From Dehalococcoidia bacterium (GTDB taxonomy: Bacteria > Chloroflexota > Dehalococcoidia > Lucifugimonadales > SHYT01): DNA of 64,000 nt. The stretch covers positions 32,054-96,053 of the forward strand of contig SHYT01000007.1 of assembly GCA_009692665.1 (NCBI GenBank). The letters run 5' to 3'. The notes under the pieces were generated by a model. It was not told where the DNA came from. It saw nothing but the letters and a program-made list of their open reading frames with translations, and did not search any database. Below are positions 46,244-54,033 of this stretch, piece by piece. The translations under genes were made by a program, and so were the position numbers. How positions within the stretch are numbered: the first letter of the stretch is position 1; every line of letters starts with the position of its first letter.

Positions 46244-46302
46244 TCCTGCCCTTCCCATTCGACTCCGCTGGGCTTCGCTATTTCCCGGGCAATGACCGAT
46301 GG

Positions 46303-47148
46303 TTATGCTCGCGCAGCAGTATCAATGACTACAAATGCAAAGAGCACAATGCTAATCATGCTGGTGGCCTGAAAGAACGCCTTGTTCAGTTTTGAAAGGT
46401 CATTGGGCTTCACCAGGGAGTGCTGGTAGATGAATAGCCCGGCGGCAATCGTCAGGCCCACGTAGTACCAGACGCCGACGTCCAGGATAAGCCCGACGAT
46501 GAACAGGCAGAGCGTGGTGCCCACGTGCATGAGCTGTGCAAGCCGGAGCGCCGTGGCGACACCGTAGTCGGCGGCGAGCGAATGAAGGCCGATGGTCGGG
46601 TCCACCTTAGCGTCCTGGCAGCGGTAGATGGTGTCGAAGCCGGTGTTCCAGAGCGCGGCGGCGATGCCCAGCAGCACGGGCGGCCAGCCGAATTGCTGGG
46701 TGATGGCCACCCATACGCTGCTGGGAATGAGCAGGTAGACCATGCCGATGGAGAAGTTACTATAGGCGGTGAAGCGCTTGGCGTACGGGGACAGGATGAG
46801 CGCCAGGACACAGACGGGCCACAGGCGGCTGGGCCATGGCCCAAGCTGGTACGCAGAGAATATGAAGACGCCGAAGCAGACGCCAATGAAAAGCAGCACC
46901 TCGATCTTCTTCATGCGGCCAGACGGCAGCGCACGCCGGGCGTTGCGGGGGATGCGCTTATCAAGGTCGGCGTCCGCGAGCTTGTTTATGCTCATGCCCG
47001 CGAAGCGCGCGCCGATGAATGCGAGCGTGATCCAGAAGAAGTTGTGGAATGTGGGGAATCCGCGCGATGCGAGGAACATGGCCATGTACGCCAGCGGCAT
47101 TGCGAAGATGGTCTGCTCCAGGCGAATGGTCTCCTGATAGTCGCGCAT
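46303..47148 (-). CDS. ubiA: UbiA-family aromatic prenyltransferase
   Basis: SINKLADADLDKRIPRNARRALP motif and multiple TM segments. ATG at 47148 (MRDYQETIRLEQTIF). Confidence 0.85.
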   Translation of the reverse strand: MRDYQETIRLEQTIFAMPLAYMAMFLASRGFPTFHNFFWITLAFIGARFAGMSINKLADADLDKRIPRNARRALPSGRMKKIEVLLFIGVCFGVFIFSAYQLGPWPSRLWPVCVLALILSPYAKRFTAYSNFSIGMVYLLIPSSVWVAITQQFGWPPVLLGIAAALWNTGFDTIYRCQDAKVDPTIGLHSLAADYGVATALRLAQLMHVGTTLCLFIVGLILDVGVWYYVGLTIAAGLFIYQHSLVKPNDLSKLNKAFFQATSMISIVLFAFVVIDTAARA

Positions 47149-47313
47149 CTTGGAGCGGTACCAGGGGAGTGACGACGCGGCGCCAGCTTGCTGACTCACA
47201 CGCTGCTCTCCTGCATTGCTGAGTGTTTTGCCTGATGATGGCCGCGTGAACGGCCGAAGCGAGTATAGCGATGGGACGGTGCGCAGGTCAAACCGGACGG
47301 GCGCCACGGCCGT

Positions 47314-47601
47314 TTAGAAGCCGGTGAACTGCGCGCGGACGCTCTCGATGGCCACGTCGTTGGGGCCGATGATAAGCAATGTCTATATGCCGTTCACCTT
47401 GAGCAGGTTTTTTACGGGCAGGCGGGTAACCGCGGGCAAAGCCGCCGCCATGAACTCCGCCGCGTCGTTGGAAGTGTCCCAGTCGGCCAGCCACGCGAGC
47501 ACCATCTCACCGGCGAGACTCTTTAACACCACGTAACGGTCGCCACCCCAGCCTGCTGCGCCTTGCGTTGCGGACTGACCAGTAGCAACTTGTCTCTCAT
47601 G
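47314..47601 (-). pseudogene. 5'-truncated gene remnant (GWGGDRY-motif protein C-terminus) with in-frame TAG at 47383-47385
   Basis: Frame reads ..GAAGWGGDRYVVLKSLAGEMVLAWLADWDTSNDAAEFMAAALP..KVNGI*TLLIIGPNDVAIESVRAQFTGF*. No start codon or N-terminal part. The family is not identified. Confidence 0.35.
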
Positions 47602-47690
47602 TTGGGGTGCAGGTGATGAACGTTGGCTTTACCGCCATGAGGCTGGGTGCTACGATCTGGCGCAATACAGTTCCTTTTTGGAGGAGTTTA

Positions 47691-48809
47691 ATGTACGCAG
47701 TCGTCCTCGCTGGCGGCGAAGGCACCCGGCTCCGTCCGCTCACACTGACCATCCCCAAGGCGATGGTGCCGGTGCTCAACCGCCCCTTTCTTGAGCACCA
47801 AATCGAGCATTTGGGCCGACACGGCATCACGCACGCTGCGTTCACGCTTGGCTACAAGGCCGAGCAGATAGAGAAGCACTTCGCGGGCAGCCGACACAAC
47901 GGCACAGCGTTGCACTTCGTTCGCGAGGAGGCGCCGCTCGGCACCGCGGGAGGCGTGAAGGCGCTGGCCCCGCTGCTGAAAGAGACGTTTGTTGTCTGCA
48001 ACGGCGACATTTACACAGACTTGGACCTGAGCGAGGCGATTGCGTTCCACCGCAAGAATAAAGCCGTCGCTACCATTGTGCTCACGCCGGTGGACGACCC
48101 GACGCCATACGGATCGGTGGAAACGGAGTCGTCCGGCCGGGTGCAGCGGTTTGCGGAAAAGCCAAAGGCGGACGAGGTCACAACGGTCTGGGTCAACGCG
48201 GGCACGTATGTGCTTGAGCCATCCGTGCTGGACCTAGTACCGGACGGGCAACACTCTATGTTTGAACGGCAGGTTTTCCCCGAGTTGCTCAAAAAGGGGG
48301 CGCCGGTGTTCGGCTTTAAGAGCACCGGTTTTTGGGCTGACCTTGGCACTCCCAAGCGCTACCTGGACGTGCACCGCTACCTGCTTCTTGGCCGTGTGCC
48401 ATCGGTGCTGCCATCCAACCAAGTGCAGTCTGGCGTATGGCGGACCAACGGAGCCACCATTCATCCCAGCGCCAAGCTGAACGGCCCGATTTTCCTGGGC
48501 AAAGGCTGCACCATAGGTGCGGATGCAACCCTCCAGGGTCCCGTAACGGTCGGCGATGGCGTGGTTATCGGCGAGGGCGCGCGCGTTGTGCACAGCGTTC
48601 TCTGGCAAGGCGCGCACATTGGCAAAGGCGCTACTGTTGAAGAGAGCATTGTGGGCAAAGGTGCGGCGCTGGCGGACGGCGCATTCGTAGGGAAGGGCTG
48701 CTTGCTGGCGGACAACAGTTACGTTGGCGCCGGCAATCGGCTGGAGCGTGGCATTGCGCTGGGGCCGGGTAAGCGGCTGGAGGACAACACGGTCTCGTTT
48801 CTGAGTTAG
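47691..48809 (+). CDS. NDP-sugar pyrophosphorylase with C-terminal left-handed beta-helix
   Basis: ATG follows GGAGGAG. VVLAGGEGTRLRPLT. Hexapeptide repeats at the C-terminus. Confidence 0.85.
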   Translation: MYAVVLAGGEGTRLRPLTLTIPKAMVPVLNRPFLEHQIEHLGRHGITHAAFTLGYKAEQIEKHFAGSRHNGTALHFVREEAPLGTAGGVKALAPLLKETFVVCNGDIYTDLDLSEAIAFHRKNKAVATIVLTPVDDPTPYGSVETESSGRVQRFAEKPKADEVTTVWVNAGTYVLEPSVLDLVPDGQHSMFERQVFPELLKKGAPVFGFKSTGFWADLGTPKRYLDVHRYLLLGRVPSVLPSNQVQSGVWRTNGATIHPSAKLNGPIFLGKGCTIGADATLQGPVTVGDGVVIGEGARVVHSVLWQGAHIGKGATVEESIVGKGAALADGAFVGKGCLLADNSYVGAGNRLERGIALGPGKRLEDNTVSFLS

Positions 48810-48830
48810 ATGCTCCCCGTCGCATGTTGC

Positions 48831-49056
48831 TCAGGGCGATCTTTGTTCAGGTAGTACGTCAACGCGCCAGATGGACACTTTTACACCTGCGCCATGATTG
48901 CCTCGGAGCTGGCGCCCCGCATGTTCACTCATGGCCTCTTGTGTGGATCGAACACCTGCAGGAGCTGCCTCCAACAGTTGCGCGAGTGGATGGAACGGCT
49001 GACTTCCAGACGACGGTGACCTCGTCGTTGGTGTATTCTCGGACCTCATTGCTCAT
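48831..49056 (-). pseudogene. Decayed YjdI-like small (4Fe-4S)-binding protein gene
   Basis: MSNEVREYTNDEVTVVWKS, then a frameshift, then ..SIHSRNCWRQLLQVFDPHKRP*VNMRGASSEAIMAQV*KCPSGALTY. One frameshift, in-frame TGA and TAA, and the first Cys ligand is lost. Confidence 0.6.
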
Positions 49057-49082
49057 TGTGGACAGTTCCTTCTGGTTTGCGC

Positions 49083-49391
49083 TTAGGTGTTTGAGGGGAG
49101 GCTTTTGGCGATGCGGCTACCCGCGAGGGTGCCGACGATCAGGCCAACGATGAGCGGCGCGACTTGCCATAGGGAGAGCCGGCCATCCTCCGTCTTATCG
49201 GCGTAGAGCGGCAGGAAGACCATGATGAACGCTAAGGTGACAGCTATGCTAAAGAACCGGCCGAAGACAAGGGCTTTTGTCTCATTGCCATGAAACAGTC
49301 GTGGCAGGAACCAGACCATCGTCAGGCGGTGGGCAATGCCTAAGGCGACTCCGGCAAATCCGAAGCTGATGATTGTCCACATGGCGGTCAC
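49083..49391 (-). CDS. hypothetical membrane protein
   Basis: 102 aa with three hydrophobic segments. Confidence 0.5.
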   Translation of the reverse strand: MTAMWTIISFGFAGVALGIAHRLTMVWFLPRLFHGNETKALVFGRFFSIAVTLAFIMVFLPLYADKTEDGRLSLWQVAPLIVGLIVGTLAGSRIAKSLPSNT

Positions 49392-49431
49392 CTGCTTTCT
49401 TTGGCGGCTTCCTAAAGCTTAGCAAACTCGT

Positions 49432-49632
49432 CTAAGCTGAGCCCAGCTTGTCGAGAACGCTGTGCAGCGTCTCAACCGTGACTTCGCGGTGCCTTGGCAC
49501 AATTGTGGTCTGCGTTCCGTCTGGCACTTTGCGAAGGAATTTAGTGTGGCTTCCTTTTTGGCTAACCTCTACAAAGCCCGCTGCCTCTAGCTTCCGTTTG
49601 ACCTCCCGAAACGGGAGAGTTCTAAGCGGCAC
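49432..49632 (-). CDS. hicA: HicA-family mRNA interferase toxin
   Basis: 66 aa. VKRKLEAAGFVEVSQKGSHTKF pattern. Confidence 0.8.
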   Translation of the reverse strand: MPLRTLPFREVKRKLEAAGFVEVSQKGSHTKFLRKVPDGTQTTIVPRHREVTVETLHSVLDKLGSA

Positions 49633-49828
49633 TGATGTTAACCTCTATCCTTTCTATGTTTGGAAGTATGGTCCCTGTAGGCTCTTCAAAATGCAACGTT
49701 AGGGCTTCGCGGAGATTCTTTAGGGCCGCGTTACGCGTCCGGCCTTGGCTGGCAACGTCTACTTCCAAACACTGAGCGACAAACCATTTGCCTTCACGCC
49801 AGACCGCACATGATAGTGAGCGCTTCAC
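49622..49828 (-). CDS. hicB: HicB-family antitoxin
   Basis: GTG at 49828 lies 6 nt after GGAGG. WREGKWFVAQCLEVDVASQGRTRNAALKNLREAL. Overlaps hicA by 11 nt. Confidence 0.75.
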   Translation of the reverse strand: MKRSLSCAVWREGKWFVAQCLEVDVASQGRTRNAALKNLREALTLHFEEPTGTILPNIERIEVNISAA

Positions 49829-49842
49829 GAAGAACCTCCTCT

Positions 49843-50703
49843 TTAGACTGCCCACTCCACGTCAAACACCGTTGCCACTGGCCCTTCCATGATCACCTCG
49901 CCCTTGCCGTCCCAGGTGATGTGCAGGGTGCCGCCTGGCAGCTTTATGTCCACCTCGTCGCCGATGAGGCCGTGCAGGCGGGCGGCCACCGCCACCGCGC
50001 AGGCGCCGGTGCCGCAGGCCAGCGTCTCGCCGGAGCCGCGCTCCCAGGTGCGCTGGAGCAGGTGTTTCTGGTCTACCACGTTCACAATCTCAAAGTTCAC
50101 GCGCCGTGGGAAGAGTGTGTTGTGCTCCACCTTGGGGCCGATTTGGTGCAGAGGGAACTCGTCTACGGGCTGCTTGATGAAGGCGACCGCGTGCGGGTTG
50201 CCCATGGACACGGCGGAGACGTGCAGCGCCATGCCTTCCACAATGAGCAGGTGGTCTAACAGCGGCGTAGTCTGCTTGGGGTTCTTCAACAGCGAGACGT
50301 CCACCGGAACGTCGGCGGGACGCAGGATGGGCTTGCCCATGCCAACTCTGGCGGCGGTCATGACGCCCTTGGTCAGGACCGGCTGGACGGTCTTAATGCC
50401 TGCGGCCGTCTCCACGCGAAGCGGTCCCTTCGCTGGCTTCTTGGCCAGGCCGTTCTCCAGCGCGTAGCGCACCAGGCAGCGGATGCCGTTGCCGCACATC
50501 TCACCTTCTGAGCCGTCTGCGTTGAACATCTGCATGCGGAGGTCAGCGGTCTTGGAGGGCAGCGCAAGGATAACGCCGTCGGAGCCCACGCCAAAGTGGC
50601 GGTCGCTGATGGCGCGCGCGACGGTGGGCCAATCGACGCCCTTCTGGCGGCCATCGGCGAAGAAGTAGTCGTTGCCGGCGCCGTGCATTTTAGTGAACCG
50701 CAT
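49843..50703 (-). CDS. dapF: Diaminopimelate epimerase
   Basis: MHGAGNDY, and catalytic Cys contexts MCGNGIRC and LACGTGA. Confidence 0.9.
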   Translation of the reverse strand: MRFTKMHGAGNDYFFADGRQKGVDWPTVARAISDRHFGVGSDGVILALPSKTADLRMQMFNADGSEGEMCGNGIRCLVRYALENGLAKKPAKGPLRVETAAGIKTVQPVLTKGVMTAARVGMGKPILRPADVPVDVSLLKNPKQTTPLLDHLLIVEGMALHVSAVSMGNPHAVAFIKQPVDEFPLHQIGPKVEHNTLFPRRVNFEIVNVVDQKHLLQRTWERGSGETLACGTGACAVAVAARLHGLIGDEVDIKLPGGTLHITWDGKGEVIMEGPVATVFDVEWAV

Positions 50704-50835
50704 ATTCCCTCACCTAGCCTCTTGATGTAAGCGGGAGTAGATACAGGAAAGTGTAGCAAATATTCCGTGGGCGCCGGCTTTGCTTCTACGAGCCCTGGGA
50801 GAGGGATGGCAGAGGTATGAGCAGGTTCGTGAGTT

Positions 50836-51246
50836 CTAGGTGAGCACCGGATGCACGCGAAAGCGCTTGGTTAGCGTGGTAACGCCGTTGGCGGTCACAA
50901 TGACCGCCGGGCCAAGCGGCCTGGTGGCCGCTGCAAAGGGGATTTCAAAGCGCGGCGAGATGCTGGTTGGGCTGCTGAGCGTGAGGGGTTGGAAGTCCAG
51001 CGGCGTAATCCGATCTTGGCCTAGATCAACGATGAGGGACTCGATGATGATCGGCTGGGCGCTTTCAAGATGTACCGTGAATTGCAGGATGAACGGGTTC
51101 TTGATGCCGGCCTTGAGCACCTCTGGGTTGCTCCACTCATAGCTGTCTACGCGCACGCTGAGAGGACTTTTGTCGCTGGGATGTACTTCGACGAGAGGTG
51201 AGCCTTCGCGGTGCAACAGGCTGCTGAGGCGTTCTAGCGCGTTCAC
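50836..51246 (-). CDS. hypothetical protein, coupled to miaA
   Basis: 136 aa, beta-rich. Its GTG start overlaps the miaA TGA (GTGA at 51243-51246). Confidence 0.55.
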   Translation of the reverse strand: MNALERLSSLLHREGSPLVEVHPSDKSPLSVRVDSYEWSNPEVLKAGIKNPFILQFTVHLESAQPIIIESLIVDLGQDRITPLDFQPLTLSSPTSISPRFEIPFAAATRPLGPAVIVTANGVTTLTKRFRVHPVLT

Positions 51247-52199
51247 GCGAACGCCCGCGTTTGTAGCAGAAAATCCCCCACCATACGCTCAGCCTGAGCG
51301 GTGACGCCAACATCGGTGGTGAGCCAATGTATGCGCGGATCGCGAAGACGGAACCAGGCGTACTGGTGCCGCGCCAGGCGGTGGTGTGCCGCCTTAATAT
51401 TCTCGGCCGCCTCGTCCATGTCCACGTCGCCGGTGAGCACGCGCAGCAGTTCCGGATAACCCATGCTCCCTTGAAAGACGGGCGTGGAGGTGTAGTTGTG
51501 ATGCAGCAGCCACTTCACCTCGTCCAGCCATCCGGCCTCCAGCATCACGTCAACGCGCCTGTCGATGCATGCGTACAGCCCTTGCCGCGTGGGCGTGGTA
51601 ACGCCGAGCACCAGCGATCGAAACGGCACAGAGTGCTTTGACTTTGCTTCAGAGAAGCGTTGCCCGGTGGTCCCCTGCACCTCCAACGCGCGGATGACGC
51701 GGCGGACGTTGCGCGGGTCAATCATCGCGGCGGCGTTCGGGTCCAGCGCCCGCAACCTGTCGTACAGGTGCATCGGCCCGTGCTCGTCCGCCTCACATTC
51801 CAGGCGCGCCCGAAGATCAGCGTCCGGCGGCACAGCGGGCGCGTCCCATCCTTCCAGCAGCGCCCACACGTACTGCCCGGAGCCGCCAACGACAATGGGA
51901 AGCCCGCCCCGATGCTGAATGTCTGCGATGACCGGACGCACCATCTCAAGGTACCGTGCAAGGCCGATGGGTTCCTGGGGTGGTGCAACGTCGTACAGGT
52001 GGTGCGCCACGTGCGTGCGGTCGTCCGCGGACGGCTTGGCGGTGCCAATGTCCATGTGCTGGTAGAGTTGGCGGCTGTCCGCGTTCACGATTTCGCCGCG
52101 GAAGCGCTGGGCCAGCGTAAGTGCAAGGCTGCTTTTGCCCACGGCGGTAGGGCCGACGATGGCGACGAGGGGTGGGAGTGTCGGCGGAGGTATGGTCAT
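51243..52199 (-). CDS. miaA: tRNA dimethylallyltransferase
   Basis: IVGPTAVGKSSLAL P-loop. ATG at 52199 chosen. The track ORF extends to 52391. Confidence 0.9.
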   Translation of the reverse strand: MTIPPPTLPPLVAIVGPTAVGKSSLALTLAQRFRGEIVNADSRQLYQHMDIGTAKPSADDRTHVAHHLYDVAPPQEPIGLARYLEMVRPVIADIQHRGGLPIVVGGSGQYVWALLEGWDAPAVPPDADLRARLECEADEHGPMHLYDRLRALDPNAAAMIDPRNVRRVIRALEVQGTTGQRFSEAKSKHSVPFRSLVLGVTTPTRQGLYACIDRRVDVMLEAGWLDEVKWLLHHNYTSTPVFQGSMGYPELLRVLTGDVDMDEAAENIKAAHHRLARHQYAWFRLRDPRIHWLTTDVGVTAQAERMVGDFLLQTRAFA

Positions 52200-52441
52200 A
52201 GAAGTATTGTACGGCCACATGACAGCGAACACTTGCAGCACACGCGGCGCGGCGGGAATGTTGTATCGGGAGCGGTATCTGGAATGTCTGGGTGCCGTCC
52301 CCCAAGAGATTTTGATTCCTTTTTGAATGTTGAAAAAAACGAATATCAATTCTTCTACGGCTTCATAAGGACGCAGAATTGATTTGAACAAAGAATTGAT
52401 CTAAGGAACAAATGGTTCAAAAGCGGAGCTCGGTAGGTTCA

Positions 52442-52819
52442 CTAGAATGCGCGTGCGATCACGTACCCGCCCGCTACCGCCAGGAGTCCCACGACAACTT
52501 GGACGCCAACGTTCAGCAACGCGGAGAGCATTTGGCCGTTGCGCAGGAGCACAAGCGTCTCGTTGCCAAAGGATGAGAAGGTGGTGAACCCGCCCAGGAA
52601 GCCCACTATCAGCAGCGCGCGCATTTGTGGTGTCAGGAACTTGTTTGCCTCGCCCAGGCCGCTGAGCAACCCGATAAGGAAACAGCCGATGAGGTTGACG
52701 GCGAGCGTGCCGATGGGGAATGTTGGGTTCCCGGTGAGGTTATACGCCCAGCCGCCAACCAGATAGCGGGATACTGAGCCAAGGGCCCCGCCAATGGCAA
52801 TGAAGATGATGACCAGCAT
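52442..52819 (-). CDS. crcB: Fluoride ion channel CrcB/FluC
   Basis: 125 aa, four TM segments, GALGSVSRY and GFLGGFTTFSSF motifs. Confidence 0.9.
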   Translation of the reverse strand: MLVIIFIAIGGALGSVSRYLVGGWAYNLTGNPTFPIGTLAVNLIGCFLIGLLSGLGEANKFLTPQMRALLIVGFLGGFTTFSSFGNETLVLLRNGQMLSALLNVGVQVVVGLLAVAGGYVIARAF

Positions 52820-52820
52820 G

Positions 52821-53021
52821 CTAGTGTTTTCTTCCGCGCCAGGTGCTTACCGCGAGCAGCGCCATAATCGCCGCCGTCACGATGACGGATGCGCCAATGG
52901 GCGACCCCCGCGTGACAAACGCAATGCCCAGTATCAGCGCCACACCCAGCGCAAGCTCAGGCGCATCGCCCACCAGGAAGTCCCACCAGAAAAGGCCGAA
53001 CGCTTTGACTCGGCTCATCAT
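52821..53021 (-). CDS. small membrane protein
   Basis: 66 aa, two TM segments, tightly packed between crcB and the upstream membrane protein gene. Confidence 0.45.
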   Translation of the reverse strand: MMSRVKAFGLFWWDFLVGDAPELALGVALILGIAFVTRGSPIGASVIVTAAIMALLAVSTWRGRKH

Positions 53022-53773
53022 GACGCACCCACCTGACTAAGTGTGGCCTGCCTGGCGCGCTTCAGGAGCTGCACTAGGACAAAGCTGACGACGGTGAAGA
53101 CGCCCAGGAGTGCCAGAATGAACAGGTCCGCACCAGGCCAGTCAACCCCGATGCCCTCGCCCATCCAGAACCCGCCGAAGGTGCTGAGCATGAGGCCAAC
53201 ACCCATCTTCATCGCGTTCTCCGGCACACCCGCCAGCGGCTTCGCCAGCACCGCGCCCGCAACGCCAATCACGACCGCCGCCAGCGCAGCAGCGGAAGCG
53301 GCCAGGCCTAGATGCCCTGCAGGCACGCCGAAACTGATGGACGACCTCCAGGCCCTCCAAGAAGACGCCCTTATAAAGCTAACCGCAAACGCCACCGGGT
53401 CTCGAGTAGTTGTTTTAGCGGCTGGGGCGTTCTTAAGCGCTACTGTTTCGGCTCTGAAGATGGTGTTTTCATCGTGCTGTGACTTGTGGCCGGACGCTCG
53501 CAAAATGGCCTTGCGAAGCCACTGCAAGCCAAAGATGAGCAGCAAGGTGCCGACCACGAGGCGCAGGGTGCCGACAGGGACGTACGTCACCAACGCGGGG
53601 CCAAGCACGACGGTGATCGCGGTCAGCGCCAATAGCGCCACAGCCGTGCCCTCCAGCGTGGAGCGCCACCCTCGCGTGATGCCTGACGCGAGGATGATGG
53701 TCATCGCCTCCACCATCTCCACGGCCGAGGCCAGGATGACGGTGATGAACAGGAATCCGGTACTGGCGGTCAT
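53018..53773 (-). CDS. COG4280-like membrane protein with a locally out-of-frame second repeat motif
   Basis: First repeat SAVEMVEAMTIILASG. The equivalent second motif YKGVFLEGLEVV is encoded in the -1 frame at 53340-53375. Confidence 0.6.
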   Translation of the reverse strand: MTASTGFLFITVILASAVEMVEAMTIILASGITRGWRSTLEGTAVALLALTAITVVLGPALVTYVPVGTLRLVVGTLLLIFGLQWLRKAILRASGHKSQHDENTIFRAETVALKNAPAAKTTTRDPVAFAVSFIRASSWRAWRSSISFGVPAGHLGLAASAAALAAVVIGVAGAVLAKPLAGVPENAMKMGVGLMLSTFGGFWMGEGIGVDWPGADLFILALLGVFTVVSFVLVQLLKRARQATLSQVGAS

Positions 53774-54033
53774 GTCCCTTACCCTCCGATTTTTCTAGCC
53801 AGCAGTATACAGTGCGTCTGCTTGCCTTACGCGCCCGGCAACCGGAACCCAATGAGCGCGGGCCTTCCATCGTGGATGGCCGGCGCATAGACAATCTTGT
53901 GCGTTTGATCAAAGGCTACCCAACTACTACCGCGCATGGTGGGCACGTTAGTGAGGAACGTGACCGGATTGCCTTTGAAGACGCCCATGACTGGGCCGTC
54001 TTTCCAAGCAGCCAAAATCAGCGGGGAAATAGA

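Noticed and set aside
3323-49056. Stop-codon reassignment or programmed recoding as the explanation for the in-frame TGA, TAA and TAG codons.
   Set aside because: All three stop codons appear as lesions, and all three also terminate clearly complete genes in this window. Each lesion is a single occurrence, and several co-occur with frameshifts. Decay or sequence error is more parsimonious.
50836-51246. hfq downstream of miaA.
   Set aside because: The 136-aa protein has no Sm1/Sm2 motifs and is too long.
53774-53830. Fluoride riboswitch upstream of the membrane-protein/crcB operon.
   Set aside because: The short upstream region (..CTGGCTAGAAAAATCGGAGGGTAAGGGAC-ATG) shows no crcB-motif consensus elements by eye.
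53827-54033. A 69-codon open frame directly in frame after the TGA stop of the MFS gene (..WKDGPVMGVFKGNPVTFLTNVPTMRGSSWVAFDQTHKIVYAPAIHDGRPALIGFRL), as a readthrough extension or gene remnant.
   Set aside because: Shared frame has a one-in-three chance expectation. The sequence is not MFS-like, and I cannot tie it to any family. The evidence is insufficient.
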